Shown: piece by piece, positions 1 to 13,287 of the stretch | Numbering within the stretch: position 1 is the stretch's first letter | How the letters are laid out: each line of letters opens with the position of its first letter | Source of the DNA: Octopus bimaculoides | Lineage: Eukaryota | Reading direction: 5' to 3' | Length of the DNA stretch: 63,992 nucleotides | Assembly (NCBI RefSeq): GCF_001194135.2 | Contig: NC_068993.1 | Location: forward strand, 35,129,433 to 35,193,424 | The notes under the pieces: generated by a model | What the model saw: the letters and a program-made list of their open reading frames with translations, nothing else | Databases searched by the model: none | Told to the model about the DNA's origin: nothing | Position numbers and translations under genes: made by a program

Positions 1-969
1 AAATATATACATACGTGTATGTCTGTGTGTACATGCAATTGCATATGCATATTCAAATATGCTGCTAGTCAGCTAGATAGATAAACGTGTATAAGTTTTG
101 TCATTAACCATTTCGTCGAAATCATGAGATTGGAGGGAATAGCTACGTGAAAAAGTCACATTGATAATGAAGGTACTTATGTAGGTTTTTTTAGAGTAGT
201 GAAGNNNNNNNNNNTATAAATATATACATACGTGTATGTCTGTGTGTACATGCAATTGCATATGCATATTCAAATATGCTGCTAGTCAGCTAGATAGATA
301 AACGTGTATAAGTTTTGTCATTAACCATTTCATCGAAATCATGAGATTGGAGGGAATAGCTACGTGAACAAGTCACATTGATAATGAAGGTACTTAAGTA
401 GGTTTTTTTAGAGTAGTGAAGTGGTTAGTAAAAAATAATATGAAATAACAACGCAGCTTGATGTTAAGGTTAAGGCACTCGTTGTGGTTGTGGATCATAT
501 TGTTACAGTATCAATTTCGAAATAGCATAGATGTACTTTGAAAAAGATAGATGTGTGTGTGTGTATGTGTGTTGCTGTGTGGGTGGGGGGGAGGTTGTGT
601 GTATAAACTTTGTAGAAGTTCCGACTGGATGGGAAAGCACTCAACACTTAACTGTATAGCTAATATAAATGGTGTAGCAAGAAGAAATCATGCTTTATTT
701 TGTCTTTTTCGTTTTCTTTTTAGAAAACAAGATGATCAGACACCTGGTGTTAGATCGAAGTAAATGATATTCGATCTAACACCAGAAAGATACTAAAGAA
801 GGTCAAGTACTTTCTAACTAATAAACATATTGATAATATGCATGCGTGGTGGGGAGGGTAATCCACATACACATATGCAAAACTATGTGTAATAGGTTTT
901 GCAAAAAATACTTGATATAGTTACAAAATTTGAAGAATGATTTTCTTAAAAAATATTAACTGTTACTGA

Positions 970-1395
970 AGGCTCAGTTACGCTGGACTAACCATGTCAT
1001 GAGAATGACTGACAACTGTCTACACAGACAACTGTTGCACGGCGAGCTCACGCAGGGCTCACACAAACGAGTAAGACCTAAACTGAGGTACAAAGACACT
1101 CTGAAAAGTAACCTCAAATGGAACGGCATTACTCCACGTGACCTCGAAGCCTTTGTCGCAGACAATTCAGTATGGAGATTTCTTACCTCACAAGTAGCAG
1201 CTACCTTCGAAGAAGACTGGCGACAGAGTCTAGATGCTGCACGCGAAAGACGTTGTAGAGCAGCATTTGCTTCAATACGGTCAACAGACTATCGCCATGA
1301 CATCTGTGGGCGTTTGTGTGCTTCCAGCTTTGGACTACTGAGTCACATGGGCTCTCATCACTGAGAATACAGACTCTGTCGTCATCCATCGCCGA
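970..1395 (+). mobile_element. 5'-truncated RTE-clade LINE: RT C-terminus and degenerate C2H2-like tail
   Basis: Translates AQLRWTNHVMRM...QLLHGEL...RPKLRYKDTLK...W...DICGRLCASSFGLLSHMGSH, the typical 3' end of an RTE ORF. Confidence 0.85.
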
Positions 1396-2052
1396 TATTA
1401 ACGGTTTGAAAAAAATTCTTAGAAAAAAAATGACACTAACTTTTGGAAGGAAATTTTCGCATTGCGTACGCAACCGGTTTCTCTGCTAAATTTTTAAAAC
1501 TCACGTTTTCCTATATTACAGGTTTATGAAAAACTTAGCAACGAAACTGCTTACACATGCAATGCCAAAAAGCCCTTCAAAAAAGTTGGTGTCATTTTAC
1601 TTCTATGATCTTTCTTAAAAAGATAACATATATATATTTTTTAATTCGGCTAAGAACATTTTAATGTGCATTTAAGTACCCCTATGTCGTTATTTAGCTG
1701 GCACATACTATCATACAGTAGGGAATATTCCAGGGCTGAATACATATGCAGAACTCCACTTTGCATAAGATTAATACAAGAATAATACAGTAGTAGATTG
1801 CAACATTTATTTCTGCACCGCATACTAACTTAAGTTGCTGAGTTTATATTGATATACCATTATATTCCCCACCATCCAATAAAGCACCCACACACGGCTG
1901 TTGCTGAAAAATATTCAACTATACAATGACTATAGAGAATGATCATCTATAATGCTATATGAATATAAACACTGCATCTTAAGTATCTTAAGCAGTGATC
2001 GACTATTAAAGCCTGATATCCTCCATTCTCGTATTACACTAATCCTATCTAT

Positions 2053-2148
<96 letters not shown>

Positions 2149-2569
2149 TGTATATATATATATATGTATACTATATATATATGTATGCATACATATATAT
2201 ATAGTATANNNNNNNNNNNNNNNNNNNNNNNNNNNNNNNNNNNNNNNNNNNNNNNNNNNNNNNNNNNNNNNNNNNNNNNNNNNNNNNNNNNNNNNNNNNN
2301 NNNNNNNNNNNNNNNNNNNNNNNNNNNNNNNNNNNNNNNNNNNNNNNNNNNNNNNNNNNNNNNNNNNNNNNNNNNNNNNNNNNNNNNNNNNNNNNNNNNN
2401 NNNNNNNNNNNNNNNNNNNNTATATATATATATATATAAAAGACAGATAAGCACGAGTAAGTTTAATGAGTATATCTATATGGAATACAAAGTACTAATT
2501 ACTAAATAAGTAATGCAAATTCACAAAAGAGAAAATGGGGAGCAATTTGGAGCAATGGTCAATCAGAGT

Positions 2570-2835
2570 TGGTGGATTGCGAGGGAAACATAAAATCAGA
2601 TAAATATATGTCCATATTGCAGAAAGAGGAATTGCCGCTAAGCATTTTGCCTGGTATGCTAACGATTCTGCTAGCTCGCCGCCTTAAGAAAGTTGACGAT
2701 AGCAGTAGTTGAACGTAGACCGTAAGGGCATCTAAGTACCAGATGACATTTGTCCTATACTCTAACGATTTTGCCAATCCACAAGCTTGCAATTTTGGTA
2801 AGGGGTGTTTGATTACTTCGACCCCAGTTAGGAGA
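2570..2835 (-). mobile_element. Two diverged copies of SINE family B
   Basis: Contains ctaacgattctgctagctcgccgccttaa and related motifs shared with the better copy at 61005-61238. Confidence 0.55.
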
Positions 2836-5614
2836 ATTTGAAGTCGGAATGTCATACCGGAAGAAATGACGTTAAGCGTATTGTACGGCGCGGTACTGCT
2901 TCTTCCAGCTCACCAGAATACTAATAACCAGACCAACAACAAACACAACAATAATATTAACGATGACGACGATGAATGATGATGATGATGATGATAATGA
3001 TGATGATGATGATGATGACGATGATGATAACTATAGCCATTAGTACACGAAGAGATAAAATAAGACGAACGGTATTCAAATGACTTACAAAGACAATAAA
3101 AAGACAATGAAATGTTTTGAGAGTCGTCATATAGTTAAACTGAAGATGTATCAATATTTACTAAAATATACAATAATTGAAACGATTGGATATGCGTGCG
3201 CACGCGTGTGTGTGTGTGTGTGAGTGAAAGTGAGAAAGTGCATTTAAATATATACATATGTGTTCGTGTATACACACACACACACACACACATTTATTTG
3301 GCCAAATGCATTTTTTTTTTCAATATTTATTTTTGCTTGCAATATCCCGCTCTTTTGCTCAAACTATCGTATCTCCACCTGCTTCACATGCCAAGATATC
3401 AAAAATCGTCAAAGTGTAGTGCATCGGTTTTGCTATGGAATGGTGAAACTATTTTTTCGTTTTCTGAAAAATGCAACGTTTTGGACTCACGACACTTTTG
3501 CATAATAGCAAAGATATATATATATATATATATATATACATACACATGGATACATACTTACATACACACACGCACACACACATACACACACACACATATA
3601 TATATATATATATGAGATATAGATATACATGCCACAGACAAACACGCATGCATATATATATATATATGGAACAAAGTGTATGCAAGTATAACAATATGTC
3701 TCAATGTGTGTATTGTATGTGTACGTGTGGTTTCGATATCCATGAATCTGTGAGTTTGTGTGTGTCACAAAACTACAATACATCATGTCGGTGACCTAAA
3801 TGTCTTTTTCAGAAAATGCATCAACCAAAATTTTAAAAAGCCATATTATGATATACGATGTATTCAGCCTCATTCAAAGATCCTCTTTTACTGCAAATTC
3901 CATTCTGCAATTATATTCCCGAATTGATGTTTTTCCAATACCAAGTCTGCATTCATAGGTTTCATCACGACTAGAAGCCAGTATTTCTATAAGATCCTTC
4001 CTGCTCATAACATTCTATAGAAAACTGTAAACATTATTAGAAAAGTCTAATATTTATGTTCTATTTTCAAACATTGCAGTCTGTGCATCGGTGTAACGGT
4101 GATCGTCGCTATGTTGAATTACTTGTTACCTAATGAGATTAAACCGATCAGTATATATTAAATCAATCCTTCAATATACATTGCCATTTGTCTGAAAGGT
4201 GCACTCACACAAACTTAGTTTCGAATAATAATAAATGTTGTATGAGTGTGTGTATGAGTGGGAGTGTGTGTGTGTGTGTGAGTGCGTGTGCGTATGTTCG
4301 TGCGTCCGTACATGCGTGTGTGTGTTTGAGTGAGCGTGTGAGTGAATGTTTATGTAGGAAAACAACTTTTGGCTGCATCGATATTCATTATAAGTCTGAA
4401 GAGCTATATGATTACCGAGCGGTGAGAAATGAATGGTAAATGGACAACAATACAGTACCGAATATGAGAATCTGCGTAAATCATATCAGGGTAAGTAACT
4501 CAGATATTTTCAAAGTCAGAGTAAGTCACTTGGATAAGTAAAGAAAGAAATGGATTAAGAATATATACATACATAGACAAAAACACTTTCATAACCAAGA
4601 TATTTAGAAAGCACGAAGTGGTTAAGCAAACTTGTTTAATTACATCAAACTATCAGATACCAATAAATGCAAATATAATTAACATCCATCCTCGTGTATA
4701 AGTGAATCCAAGATTTCAAGGAATCCGGAGTAACATGAAGAAGAATGGAGTATATAGCATCTTTATCTGATGATTACACCATACAAGACCGACGATTGTT
4801 TCTATTGCATCAGCATAGTTAGATATTGAAAAGAAAAGGAAAAAATACCAGTCAAACCAATATATCCGTAAACGTGCACATGCGCATTGCATGTTCATAT
4901 TTCTCTTTCCGGCTCCTACTCAAAACTGTTTACAGATCATAACCATCTCACGAGCATACGTTTGCAAGGAGCTCTTCGTGCATCGATGTTTAAGAAAAAT
5001 CTATGCTTATTAGATTACAAGAAATGCAGTTAAATGAAGGTGTTGTATATTATTCAAATATTTAAATGTTTTACTATTTTTATGGGAACTTTTCAACGTT
5101 AGACTGGTTCTGCAATTTGTTTTAATTTTGGTGTATGTATATAATAATTTTCTCAAGCCAAAGATCACATGTAACGTTATCAATATTACACGATAAAGCG
5201 TAACTGGTAATGGAGGACATTATATCGTAAAGTTCCAGTCAAATCTTAAATGCACTTACTAAGATTCGAAGAATTATGTTTTCTCCTAAACTTAAATGAA
5301 GAAGAATGTTTATGTAATCTAGTTTTTCAAATTTTAGTAGAACATATGTAATGATAACTACAATCCCTAGCAATTTCCATTCATTGATATACTATATTCT
5401 TCCTTAAAAAACTGATTTTATAAATGACACATAAGATCTTTGTTTTTTTTTTAATTACAAAGGCGTTTATTCACTCGTATGTAGCACTCATGGTGAACGA
5501 AACTAGTACTAACTCTCCTCTCAGTGTCAAGTATCGAAACAGGATAATCAGCAGTATTCAATATTATTACTAGAATTTATCATAGAAGTACTATGGTACT
5601 ATCTCTCTCTTCTC

Positions 5615-5655
<41 letters not shown>

Positions 5656-6522
5656 NNNNNNNNNNTATATATATATATAAAGATGTCGTTCTTTCCTAGG
5701 GATAAATTTTATCCAAGCGTACACCAGTTTAGCTCCATATCGATTAACAATATCGGAAATTCTACAAGTGTATATGTTTAAAACATTGGCTGAAGAATGT
5801 ATGTATCAAGACATAAATTAATTTGACATCACTTACTATATATTTTAATTGTGTAAGGTTATAGGCTGTTGAATAAATACTGACTAACTCAGTAAAATGG
5901 TTGCGCGGCGTTGAATGCTCACACTGATAAAGCAGCATAGTAGGAATACGATAAGGACGTTAGGACTGTTGAAAAGGCATTATCTTCAAACTGGTTATAA
6001 GGACTGGAATAATATTTCTGTAATTATATTGAAAGAGCCGCTAAGGCTTTCTACTTCGCCAAGTTTCTGAATTTATAATAATATCCAGAATAACATTTTT
6101 TTCAGATATATTTACGAGTGTTGTGAGTGCTGTCAAACCAGTCAAATCTTCACGTTAGTTATAAAAACCAGAATAGTATTCCAGCACATAAGTAGTGACA
6201 ATCGTTAATGTTATTTAAAACGCAACTTTCCAGGATAAAAACGAAAATCCAAACAGTGGTACTTCAAAGTGAACGCTGTTGTTCGTTCAGCGTCTAGGTC
6301 GCAAATAAACTGAACTCTTACAAAATTAGGGTGTTTCACTGTTGGGCAGTATAGTCACGTACATATATTAAGACATACACACACAGACATACAGACACAC
6401 ACCTCAGGCCTATCTCTGTCCCTCTGTGTGTCTTTCTCAGTCTTTAAACCTGTGTGTGTGTGTGTGTGAGTGTGTGTGTGTGTGTGTGCGTGTACGTGTC
6501 AGTCGTTACAAAAATATATGTA

Positions 6523-7031
6523 TACGAGGTCCGATCAATAAGTATCCGGGCTCTTGCCATAGTAACGAATTTAAAGTACGTAGAGTAAAGCCGCTCGGCA
6601 AAAATTATCCTTAATCTCCGCTGTGCATGTGCACTATCTTTTAACGTTCTAGCTCACTTTCGCTGTTTACAGCAGTGCTTTGTAAGAAGGTGGGTAGCGT
6701 GTGATCGGATCGTCGCATTGACCGTGACAAAGAAACTTGTCATGGTGATACTTGATCAGAGGCCTATACAAAGTTGCAGAAAGTGTATGGAAAGGAGTGT
6801 ATGAGCCGCACACAAGTGTACGAGTTGTTCAGACGTTTCCAAGATGACAGAAAAAATATTGATAGTGACGAGCGTTCTGAGAGACCCGCAACCAGCAGAA
6901 CTGAGGAAAACATTGAAGTTGTGCACATTGAAGTTGTGCACATTGAAGTTGTGCACATTGAAGATGTGCGTGAAGGTGTGAGGGGAAATCGTTGAGTCAC
7001 CATCTGTGAGTTATCAGAGAATGTCGTTCTC
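6523..7031 (+). mobile_element. Mariner element 5' remnant (TIR plus transposase N-terminus)
   Basis: Starts with the TIR-like TACGAGGTCCGATCAATAAGTATCCGG after TA. Translates QKVYGKECMSRTQVYELFRRFQDDRKNIDSDERSERPATSRTEENIE...VRGNR*VTICELSE (mariner HTH), with a stop codon. Confidence 0.88.
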
Positions 7032-7646
7032 ACTTTAAAAAGCATCTTTAGTTTTTAACAAGGGCATTATTTGTAATCATAAGGATAAACCTAACGGTCA
7101 CTAACAGTGTTATATATTACAATTAATAACACCGGATATCTCCACCAGGTATAACTCCTTCGACTAACACTGCCGGTCAACTAGTCATTTTCCCCACTTA
7201 CTTCTCCATTCATTTAAATGAAGAAACGTACAAACGCGTAGAACCCCAAAAGTCACTAAAACGTAAGCCTAAAGACTCAACGAACTTTTTCCTTTTTCTT
7301 TTGCCTTTTTCTTTTCTTTTCATTCCCTTTTCTCCTTTAAATCATTCTGACGATGTTTGTTAAATGGAACGAGATAAATGCAATTTTACTTCGATTTAAT
7401 AAACAGAAAAGCTGTAAATAGTTCTTAACTACAATTAAACTATGACCTTTTAATACCAATAATTAACTTCTCATTGTTATTTATTGCTCCATTTCTTTTC
7501 TTTTCCAGATATATTAAACCACGGTTTTACCTTTAAATTACCAACAACTGTATACCTTTTAGCTAGGACTATACATGTATCCAGTAGTGCCTACGGATAC
7601 ATTTATCCCTAGATGGTTGCATAACCTCTAACTCATAATTTTCTTA

Positions 7647-7680
<34 letters not shown>

Positions 7681-8769
7681 GCACTCACACACAGTCACAC
7701 ATACACACACATATATATATATGTACATACGTACGTACATACATTCATATATACATACATGCATACATACATAACTCGAGAGGCTACTGGTTCAAATGCA
7801 CTCTGAAATGCGTGGAAAAAGGGATGAGAAAGAGGGGTACATCTTAACATGTGAAATGTATGCATATGTATTTAGGGCGAAGGTTGTTGCATATCTATCA
7901 CTTTAAGAGTTATTGTAAGGGTGACTGGCTTTTCTGCTACGTTAGAATATATTTATCCGCCTGATGGAATCACAAGTAATACATTCCCAGTGTTCATAGA
8001 TTTCGTTAAAAAACTGTTAAACAATGTATGTCCTATCTGTTGTGAGAATCCTTCTCAAGATATCTCGAGATATGGCCTTGATCTTTTAAGGATCCTTAAT
8101 TCCAAGTTATAGGGTAACACCGCTGATTTCCTTTCAGCTGCCTGATTTGTCAACGTTGAATTAACTATAGTTTCATACACAATCGATTTCACGCTGTAAG
8201 TCTGATACTAAGAGCAAGTGTCGGGTCTAATAAGCGTGTTGCGGATTAGTGTCTTCATGCGAGAACAATAACTGCAGCTAATTTCTTCGAAGCGCATTTT
8301 GAAAATTTTTTCTACATCTATGAAAATGTTAACCTAAATGGCCAGGAAATTTTTACATAAATTGCTCTAAACATTTGAAGCAAAAAAGCATGTGCGAAAT
8401 AAATATTTCTAGTTATATTTCTGTACTAGTGGTGGGTCGCTGGTTGTCGGATATTTTATCACTGAAAACACCTAGCCATATCGTAACAATGCAGCCATAT
8501 CAAAGTAACTGATATATTTATTCGGAAACCTTTCTTTGCTGATGAACCATATCCAGTTGCTCAGTCCCTGGAAGATATTCATTTTGAATGCGCAGCGTCA
8601 GTGTATACCATTCAATAATTTAGAATATTTAAACTATGAAGTCTCGAATAAACCTGAACATGGAGTGCTGGAATATGAACTGTCGATCATCACTATGACA
8701 AAATATATAGGAAAAATACTTATACTTAGAAATATGTAATAGCTTTTCTACAGAAGTTGGATACATAAA

Positions 8770-8807
<38 letters not shown>

Positions 8808-9769
8808 TAACATACATAAAGTTGTTCCTACCTACCAATACACGGGCAGATGTACGCATAAATACAAATATATGCATGTGCGTATTATAGCGTTATGGTT
8901 AGAAGCAAGAGAAAATTCAAGCCTAATAGTGTGCGTGTGTAAGTCATATATATATATANNNNNNNNNNNNNNNNNNNNNNNNNNNNNNNNNNNNNNNNNN
9001 NNNNNNNNNNNNNNNNNNNNNNNNNNNNNNNNNNNNNNNNNNNNNNNNNNNNNNNNNNNNNNNNNNNNNNNNNNNNNNNNNNNNNNNNNNNNNNNNNNNN
9101 NNNNNNNNNNNNNNNNNNNNNNNNNNNNNNNNNNNNNNNNNNNNNNNNNNNNNNNNNNNNNNNNNNNNNNNNNNNNNNNNNNNNNNNNNNNNNNNNNNNN
9201 NNNNNNNNNNNNNNNNNNNNNNNNNNNNNNNNNNNNNNNTGTGTGTGTGTGTGTGTGTGTGTGTGCGCTTGTGTTTGTATTTCTCTCCAATGAGAATTTG
9301 TAAGTAGGAGAGTTAAATAAACTAAGACAAACTAAAAAACAACTGATACACTGCCAATAATTAACGGATCTAAGAATAAGTACAAAGAGACTGTAAAAAA
9401 TAGTTGCTAATTGGAATTGTTAGAAAAGAAGGAATAATAAAATAGCAGGTATGTTTGAATTTTGTATATGTGTGTAAATCTGAAGGTAGGAAAATATAGA
9501 TTAGTGGTTGTGTACCGTTAGATAGAAGGGTCACCTAGGTATGCGATAGATATGTAAACTATGAAAAGTATAAGAACAGGCGATTTTTAAAATACATAAA
9601 GCTGATTTTGTAAAGAAAGTTACATGCTACATACGTAGAATGCGAATGAATTAATAGATTTGAAACATTGTAAAAATAGCGTAAAATGGGTTACATATAT
9701 TAATTAAAGTAGACCTGAATTGAAAACTTTTTAAAATCTTTCTAAATTTTAAATTGAAATATAACTAAT

Positions 9770-9950
9770 AATCCTTTCAGCTGAAGGCACGAGGTCTGAA
9801 ATTTTGGGGGAGGGGTTAATCGATTACATCGACATTAGTACGTAACTGGTACTAATTTAATCTACTCCGAAAACGTGCAAGGCAAAGTCGACCTCGGCTA
9901 AGCAATTCGCCTAGCGTGCTAACGATTCTGCCAACGCGCTGCCTTAAATG
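9770..9950 (-). mobile_element. SINE family B copy
   Basis: aaggcaaagtcgacctcggc...gctaacgattctgccaacgcgctgcctta matches the other copies. Confidence 0.7.
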
Positions 9951-12540
9951 TAACTAATAATTTTCCACTGGCGGTGCTCCAGTATGGCCGCAGCCTTAAG
10001 GCTGACACATGTAAAAGAATAAAAGATTAAAAGAGTATTATACATGTTGTCCCCACTTTCGTATATTACTGTGCTGGGCTCAAATTTTAGATCATGTGAC
10101 AAAATAGACGAATGTCAAAATATCTTCTCTCTATTTTACGATTCTAGCCACAACCTTTCCTTCTCTATTTCAATATATAAACAATTTCTATCTGCGTAAT
10201 TTAAGTCGACTACCGGGTTATTTCACTTAAAGCATCTTACATCTTAGCTTTAATTCCTTTTCTATTCTCGAGTCTTTTTTTATGACGACTTTTTCTCTTT
10301 TTCTTTCAAACTTCTTTTATTCTCCACATCACTGTTTCATCTCTCTTCCTTTTTCTCTTCTCATGTTCTCTTTCCAAACTTTCTTCTACTGGCCTCTCCT
10401 TATCGTGTTTATTATATATAATTTCTACTATATATAATTTCATAGCAGTTTAATTCTAGCTATAAAACTAAATCATTGATTAATAAATTTAGTTTCCTCC
10501 GATGAGAACATAGTTGAAGCATAATGGCAAATTTAAACGAAGAATATAAATTTACTATGATTTTAAATATCAGTAGATATTTAATTGTGTATTTCTTCTA
10601 TCGTATGATCAGGTCATCTTTCTCTATCTTCACACACACATACGCACGCACGCACGCACACGCGCGCGCGCGCACATACACACACACACACACAAACACA
10701 CAGTCATACACACACGAACACACACACGCGCACACACGCACATACATGGGATCAAAGTTAGGAGTACCCAACATAATGAATAGAGAGATGATTTATTTAT
10801 CTTTTATACTGACAGAACCCTGTAAATCGGTGTTGCTATGAGTTTTATGAAACTCAATGTTCCTTAGTAAAAATCTGCAGACATTCCATATTCCATCGCA
10901 GCTAGTTTTGATCAAAAAGATGTGTGCTGGACACAACAGGACGTACCACTTTGTTCCGTTTGGTATATATTGTAGTGAAGAAATTTTTGAAACACCTGCT
11001 CCTAAATCTATCGATACCGTAGTAGTAAATGGGTTGGAAGAAAATTAGCTAATTCTTATAACAAAGAAAGACACTGTAATATAATTTGCTTTACAACTTA
11101 TACCTGTTGAAAGCTAAAGTTAGTCAGAACAGAACGATTCTTAAGTCTAATAGTTATGCACTTCCCCACTGAACATAGATATTAGAAATGATGTATATGT
11201 TCAACGAACATACCGTTCCATTAAATATTCAACTGGAGAATCGTTGGAAAACTCGGCTTTATATAAAAAGCGACAAAAAAAATATGGCCACTGCAAAGCA
11301 ATGATAAAGCTCATCCTGAAAAATTCGCCGCGTCAAGGAATATATTTAAATGCCAAATAGGAATTATTTGGAAAAGGTAAAAACACTGAGAAGTTCGTCT
11401 TACGTAACTGGTCAGAGTTATCGTGAATACGGCAGTGTATTCCTTGTAGGTTTCGGCAGTGGTGGTATGACTGTAGAGTTGCCGGATATGCGTTTCTCTT
11501 CCTTTAATTTTCACTATCTTTCCCTTGTTTTATGATCCTCTTTATTCATTCCTAACTTTTATTTTTTATTTGTAAACTTTTTATATTTCTTTCTTTTCAT
11601 TTCGTGTAATTTTCTCAGTACACAGAAGCATATACTCTTTTCATTAAGCACATTGTGAAAAGAGATTAACTCTTTAGTTTCGTAAAGTAAATTGAAGATA
11701 GTAGTATATTATCCATATATCTCCTTCCCTTCCAAATCTTGAAATAAATAACAGGAATGAAATCCGGCATCCATTTCTAGCAGTTTATCAGCCGATAAGG
11801 AGTATCGGTTTTAGATCATGTGTGTGTAGAGAGAGAGAGCGAGAGAGAGAGAGAGAGAGATAGTATATAAATAGACATAGATAGATANNNNNNNNNNGGA
11901 GGGAGTGAGGGAGAGAAACAGAGACAGACAAATAGACAGAGACAGACAAATAGACAGAGACAGACAAATAGACAGAGACAGACAAATAGACAGAGAAAGA
12001 GACAGATACACACACATATAAGTGTCACCTCTTCTGGAGATAAGGTAGAGGAGCCGCCTGGCCGATGACATCTGTTGAGGCAGAAACACGTAAACAGCTA
12101 TCCTTATTCTTCCACATAATCAAACTGCTCACATAAATGGCATCGTCATTTTAAATAAATTCTGACTTTAGTAACTATCCTCCTAATTACTATCAAGTGA
12201 TTATTTCACCTTCTCTAGAAGTGAAAATAATTTCAATAAAACACGAATTTATGCTGTATGGTATTTAATATTAACTTATTTCTTTTTCAAATACACTCCA
12301 CTAGGCATTGTGATGTACTTTTCTTAGCTTATTTTTGCCATGTTTGCATGCGCACTCTTGCGGGGAAATGTACGTTCTAATTATTGTTTAAATCAAAATC
12401 GTTCACTTTCACATTACATTGTATAGTGCTTGCATCAATTTTCTTTGAACGTAATATATATCTGTGTGCGCGTACGTATGTGTGTATACGCGTGTATATG
12501 TATGTGTGTGAATGTGTGTAAGACTATACTAAACCATAGT

Positions 12541-12919
12541 GTTGGCACTCCGTCGCTTACGACCTCGAGGGTTCCAGTTGATCCGATCAACGGAACAGCC
12601 TGCTCGTGAAATTAACGTGCAAGTGGCTGAGCACTCCACAGACACGTGTGCCCTTAACGTAGTTCTCGGGGATATTCAGCGTGACACAGTGTGACAAGGC
12701 TGACCCTTTGAATTACAAGCACAACAGAAACAGGAAGTAAGAGTGAGAGAAAGTTGTGGTGGAAGAGTACAGCAGGGTTCGCCACGATCCCCTGCCGGAG
12801 CGTCGTGGAGCTTTAGGTGTTTTCGCTCAATAAACACTCACAACGCCCAGTCTGGGAATCGAAACTGCGATCCTATGACCGCGAGTCCGCTGCCCTAACC
12901 ACTAAGCCATTGCGCCTCC
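12541..12919 (-). mobile_element. Full-length tRNA-derived SINE (family C) with a 13-bp target-site duplication
   Basis: Minus-strand head tggaggcgcaatGGCTTAGTGGttagggcagcggact...gtTTCGATTCCc carries A and B boxes. Flanked by identical actaaaccatagt at 12528-12540 and 12920-12932. A partial copy lies at 63591-63737. Confidence 0.92.
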
Positions 12920-12996
12920 ACTAAACCATAGTAGCACGGAAATAAAGTGAGTAAAATTTAGATATAAAATAAATAAGAATTAATTGGTATATTTAC

Positions 12997-13287
12997 CTGG
13001 CTGAGGAACATTACGTGTGAACTCCGCCAACAGCTGTTTCCTGGCGTTGCTCGAAAGTAAGGAACAAGAACCTTAAATGCGGCGTGTTCCAGCAACAATA
13101 CAATAATTCCCAATAAAATACCGACAGTAAGAAGAACAAAAAGTCCAGCATGATGTTGCACTTCGAGCTGTGATTCCTCTTGTGTCATACGTTGTTGATA
13201 GCACTGGGCGTCTGCAAAGTGCACCTCTATCAAATCTTCAATGAAGCCACTTTGGTGATAGTCCAAAATTTTTTCAGATAAAGGAAT
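12997..13287 (-). CDS. GRIN3-like: Internal exon of the GluN3-like receptor: end of S2, M4 helix and start of the cytoplasmic tail (IPLSEKILDYHQSGF...HHAGLFVLLTVGILLGIIVLLLEHAAFKVLVPYF...FLSQ)
   Basis: Acceptor tttctatttaacaactAG|ATT, donor CAG|GTAAAT; 291 nt = 97 codons, phase 0/0. Hydrophobic M4 'GLFVLL...EH' and the exon-ending 'SQ' resemble vertebrate GluN3A (HFSGLFVLLCIG...GEHIVYRLLLP...HTSQ). Confidence 0.93.

Noticed and set aside
1-424. Roughly 204-bp direct duplication either side of a 10-N gap (205-214)
   Set aside because: The copies differ at only about three positions and flank a placeholder gap, which is typical of two haplotypes or overlapping contig ends left unmerged. Treated as an assembly artefact.
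3860-4026. Candidate terminal exon (NVMSRKDLIEILASS...)
   Set aside because: No recognisable homology; not distinguishable from chance.
12029-12071. 43-nt exon-like segment (MSSARRLLYLISRR) as the next exon after FLSQ
   Set aside because: The acceptor is plausible, but there is no similarity to the expected GluN3 RLHRA-type continuation and the donor is weak. Needs RNA-seq.
12845-12919. tRNA-like sequences at SINE heads (also about 28450-28522, 30640-30725, 33436-33510)
   Set aside because: They have A and B boxes but continue into SINE bodies and lack a convincing cloverleaf, so they are not called tRNA genes.
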